Assembly: GCA_963778115.1 (NCBI GenBank)
Contig: CAVZSV010000004.1
Coordinates: forward strand, 1,888,001 to 1,952,000
Source: an uncultured delta proteobacterium
Lineage (GTDB): Bacteria; Bdellovibrionota; FAC87; UBA2466
DNA length: 64,000 bases
Direction: 5' to 3'
The notes under the pieces were generated by a model. It worked only from the letters and a program-made list of their open reading frames with translations. It searched no databases and had not been told where the DNA came from. The position numbers and the translations under genes were made by a program. Each line of letters begins with the position of its first letter. Within the stretch, counting starts at the first letter, position 1. Positions 61,989-64,000 of this stretch are shown here, in pieces.

Positions 61989-63199
61989 ATGACCTCGAAG
62001 CCCCAAGCACTAAAAAAGCTGTCTTCCCAGGACCATTACGGCACAGTGTTTCAGGAAAAGGAGGGGGCAGACCCCGTCGAACTGGGGCGCCTGCACTTTC
62101 AAAATGCCATCGAGATCCTGGAGTATCGGCTTGAGAAAAATCGTGACTTACGGCGTCTACCATTGACGCCAGCCATGTCGGAAAAACTTCGTCACGAGTG
62201 CATGGAGTTTCTCAAGAAAGAAGCCGCGGGCACTTTTGAAAACGACAATTTAAAACATGTGGGACGACTCATCTCTCACATGAAGCGTTATTCCGCCGAT
62301 CTTAAGAACGCACTTGGGATCGAAGCGGAAGATGCCATTTTACTAGCCGCTCTGCATGACCTTGGAAAGGCCCAGTCAGCACCGGCGATCGAGGAGTTTT
62401 TGACCACGATTTACGGCGATTTTATTAACTTAAGAGTGCTCCCCCATGAACTGTATTCGATGTATTGGATTCAGCAGATCTCGCGAAAGGCCGGAATTCC
62501 CGAGAACATCGCGCATACGTTAATGGACCAGATCGCTAATCATAACTTTGGCCCCAATCTGAGTGATCCCAGTAACAAACATTTTTTGCAGTCAGCGCCT
62601 GGAGCACCGCACTGGTGGGTGGAACACTGGAAAGCGTGGGCCGCCAAAGCCAATGCTGCTGGAATGAGCGTTAACCCGATCTACGGATCCCCGAGTCTCC
62701 GTTAGCTCTAACGCTAGTCTTTTTCGATCGTGTGGATGGAGGACATCCCCATTCTTGGGAAAAGTTTCTCAATCAGGACGTCCTCTCCGGGCAGATGCAA
62801 TTTACGCCGCAAAATATCATAAGCATTTTGGAAGATTCTCAGCAAACCTCCAGGGAACAGGTCGACGCGGTGGCTAAACAACTGCATTCCCATTTCACGA
62901 AAAACATCTCTCTAAAGGATTTCAGTCCTTATACGGACGCTGTCGAAATGCTCGATAGGAGCAAATTGACCGTGGATATCTTGAAGGAATCTAATCGACC
63001 TGAAATACGCGCAAAAAAAAATGTAACGGCCCCGAATGCCATCCTTTACAAAGACAAGACGGACACTTGGATTCGAATCGATGGCGCGCCAGGAACCGCG
63101 GCAAAGTACCGTTGGGATAGCAATCGCTGGCGGTTACTCACCCGTTCCGATCGGCCGGTTGCAATATTCTTGGAAGCGGTCTATTTGGATTGGAAATAA
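61989..63199 (+). pseudogene. HD-domain protein split by a 1-bp frameshift (pseudogene or sequencing error)
   Basis: KHV, ALHDLGK, PHE, NHN in ORF1; adding one C to CCCC at 62689-62692 gives YGSPESPLALTLVFFDRVDGG, supplying the terminal HD Asp and joining ORF 62732-63199. Confidence 0.72.
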
Positions 63200-63203
63200 A
63201 GAG

Positions 63204-63731
63204 CTACTCTTCGTTAGTAATCGAAAGAGCTTTCAATTTAATTTTCTTAACCACTAATTCGAGTTTTCCGGTCTGCCTGGTAACGACGCGATCATCAGTA
63301 CCTTCGGCTTCGAAAGTGGCCATTACATCAACGAAGGTTCTATTGGAGAGTGAAAACGTGCGAACGAACCAAAATTGAGTCTTGCGAACTGCCCCTTGCT
63401 TACTGGCTAGGCGGGTTTGGATCGAATCCCACACTTCCCATTTAACGACCTCTATGCCCTTTCTATACTGGTCCGCGTTTGCGGGATCGAGTCGGATCAA
63501 CACGGTTAGAACTTGCTCACCAAAATCACGTAATCCCAACTCTGGAGGCTCACTTACATTCGGTTCTTTGGCTAAGACGGTGTCGATACCGCTTAGAACC
63601 GCGCCCGCACAAAGCCCCGCGGTAGTTGCTAAGAAATGCCGCCGACTTTCCTCGGCCAATCCAGAAGAACTGAGAACAGCTAAGAGTCCAAGAACCGTGA
63701 GGATAACGGGTAAGCGGGGAGAGGGCTTCAT
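63204..63731 (-). CDS. Hypothetical exported protein with internal twin-arginine motif
   Basis: Sec-like signal followed by SRRHFL and a second hydrophobic stretch. Confidence 0.6.
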   Translation of the reverse strand: MKPSPRLPVILTVLGLLAVLSSSGLAEESRRHFLATTAGLCAGAVLSGIDTVLAKEPNVSEPPELGLRDFGEQVLTVLIRLDPANADQYRKGIEVVKWEVWDSIQTRLASKQGAVRKTQFWFVRTFSLSNRTFVDVMATFEAEGTDDRVVTRQTGKLELVVKKIKLKALSITNEE

Positions 63732-63782
63732 GGGGCGAAACCCTAACGTCCAATTTCAAAAAGGACAACCAAAATCGAAACG

Positions 63783-64000
63783 CTAAAGTTTTTCGTCCAG
63801 AACGTTGCGCACAGCCATCCAGCTGCGGGGATCGATGAGATAACTAAAATGCGTGAAAGGGCTCATGTCGACTTGCTCAGTCCCCTCCACCCGAGCCGCT
63901 TCGGGGGGAATCACTAGCAAATCGTTTTTGCTCCAAAAGGTGATCCCACGCACGCCTTTCGGCCAACGAGAGGCTCGTATCTTTTGAATCGTTTCACTCT
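63783..64000 (-). CDS. C-terminus of probable alpha/beta-hydrolase (lipase-like), partial
   Basis: Hand translation ...ITFWSKNDLLVIPPEAARVEG...PFTHFSYLIDP...VLDEKL*, with Asp and His in lipase-like contexts. Confidence 0.6.
   Translation of the reverse strand, partial: SETIQKIRASRWPKGVRGITFWSKNDLLVIPPEAARVEGTEQVDMSPFTHFSYLIDPRSWMAVRNVLDEKL

Overview
Bacterial chromosomal window of roughly 50% GC. It is most consistent with a Bdellovibrionota-like predatory lineage; this is an inference from ffs-dnaX-ybaB-recR-mglA synteny with no mglB and from the many secreted Cys-rich orphans. Housekeeping content includes the 3' end of a tex-like gene, YgiQ radical SAM, lemA with two TPM genes, SRP RNA, dnaX/ybaB/recR/mglA, tRNA-Asn(GTT), yciH/SUI1 and msrA. 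The dominant accessory feature is a ~14.5 kb minus-strand gene for a Sec-exported surface protein of ~4,820 aa. It carries 15 diverged endostatin/DUF1554-like lectin-fold modules alternating with 16 FN3 modules. It is preceded by sigma28(FliA)-like promoters and is split into two ORFs by one extra G in a G10 tract, which is either a phase-variable length switch or a homopolymer sequencing error. Other notable items are a 136-bp REP/REPIN-like hairpin fused to a gene end, a hybrid kinase-CheR-kinase cluster lacking CheB, a divergent GshB-like/phytochelatin-synthase pair, a TMEM260/DUF2723-like glycosyltransferase, a secreted Gly/Tyr-repeat protein behind a sigma54-like promoter, a (QSH)6 microsatellite and a frameshifted HD-domain gene. 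All family assignments come from motif recognition by eye; no database searches were run.
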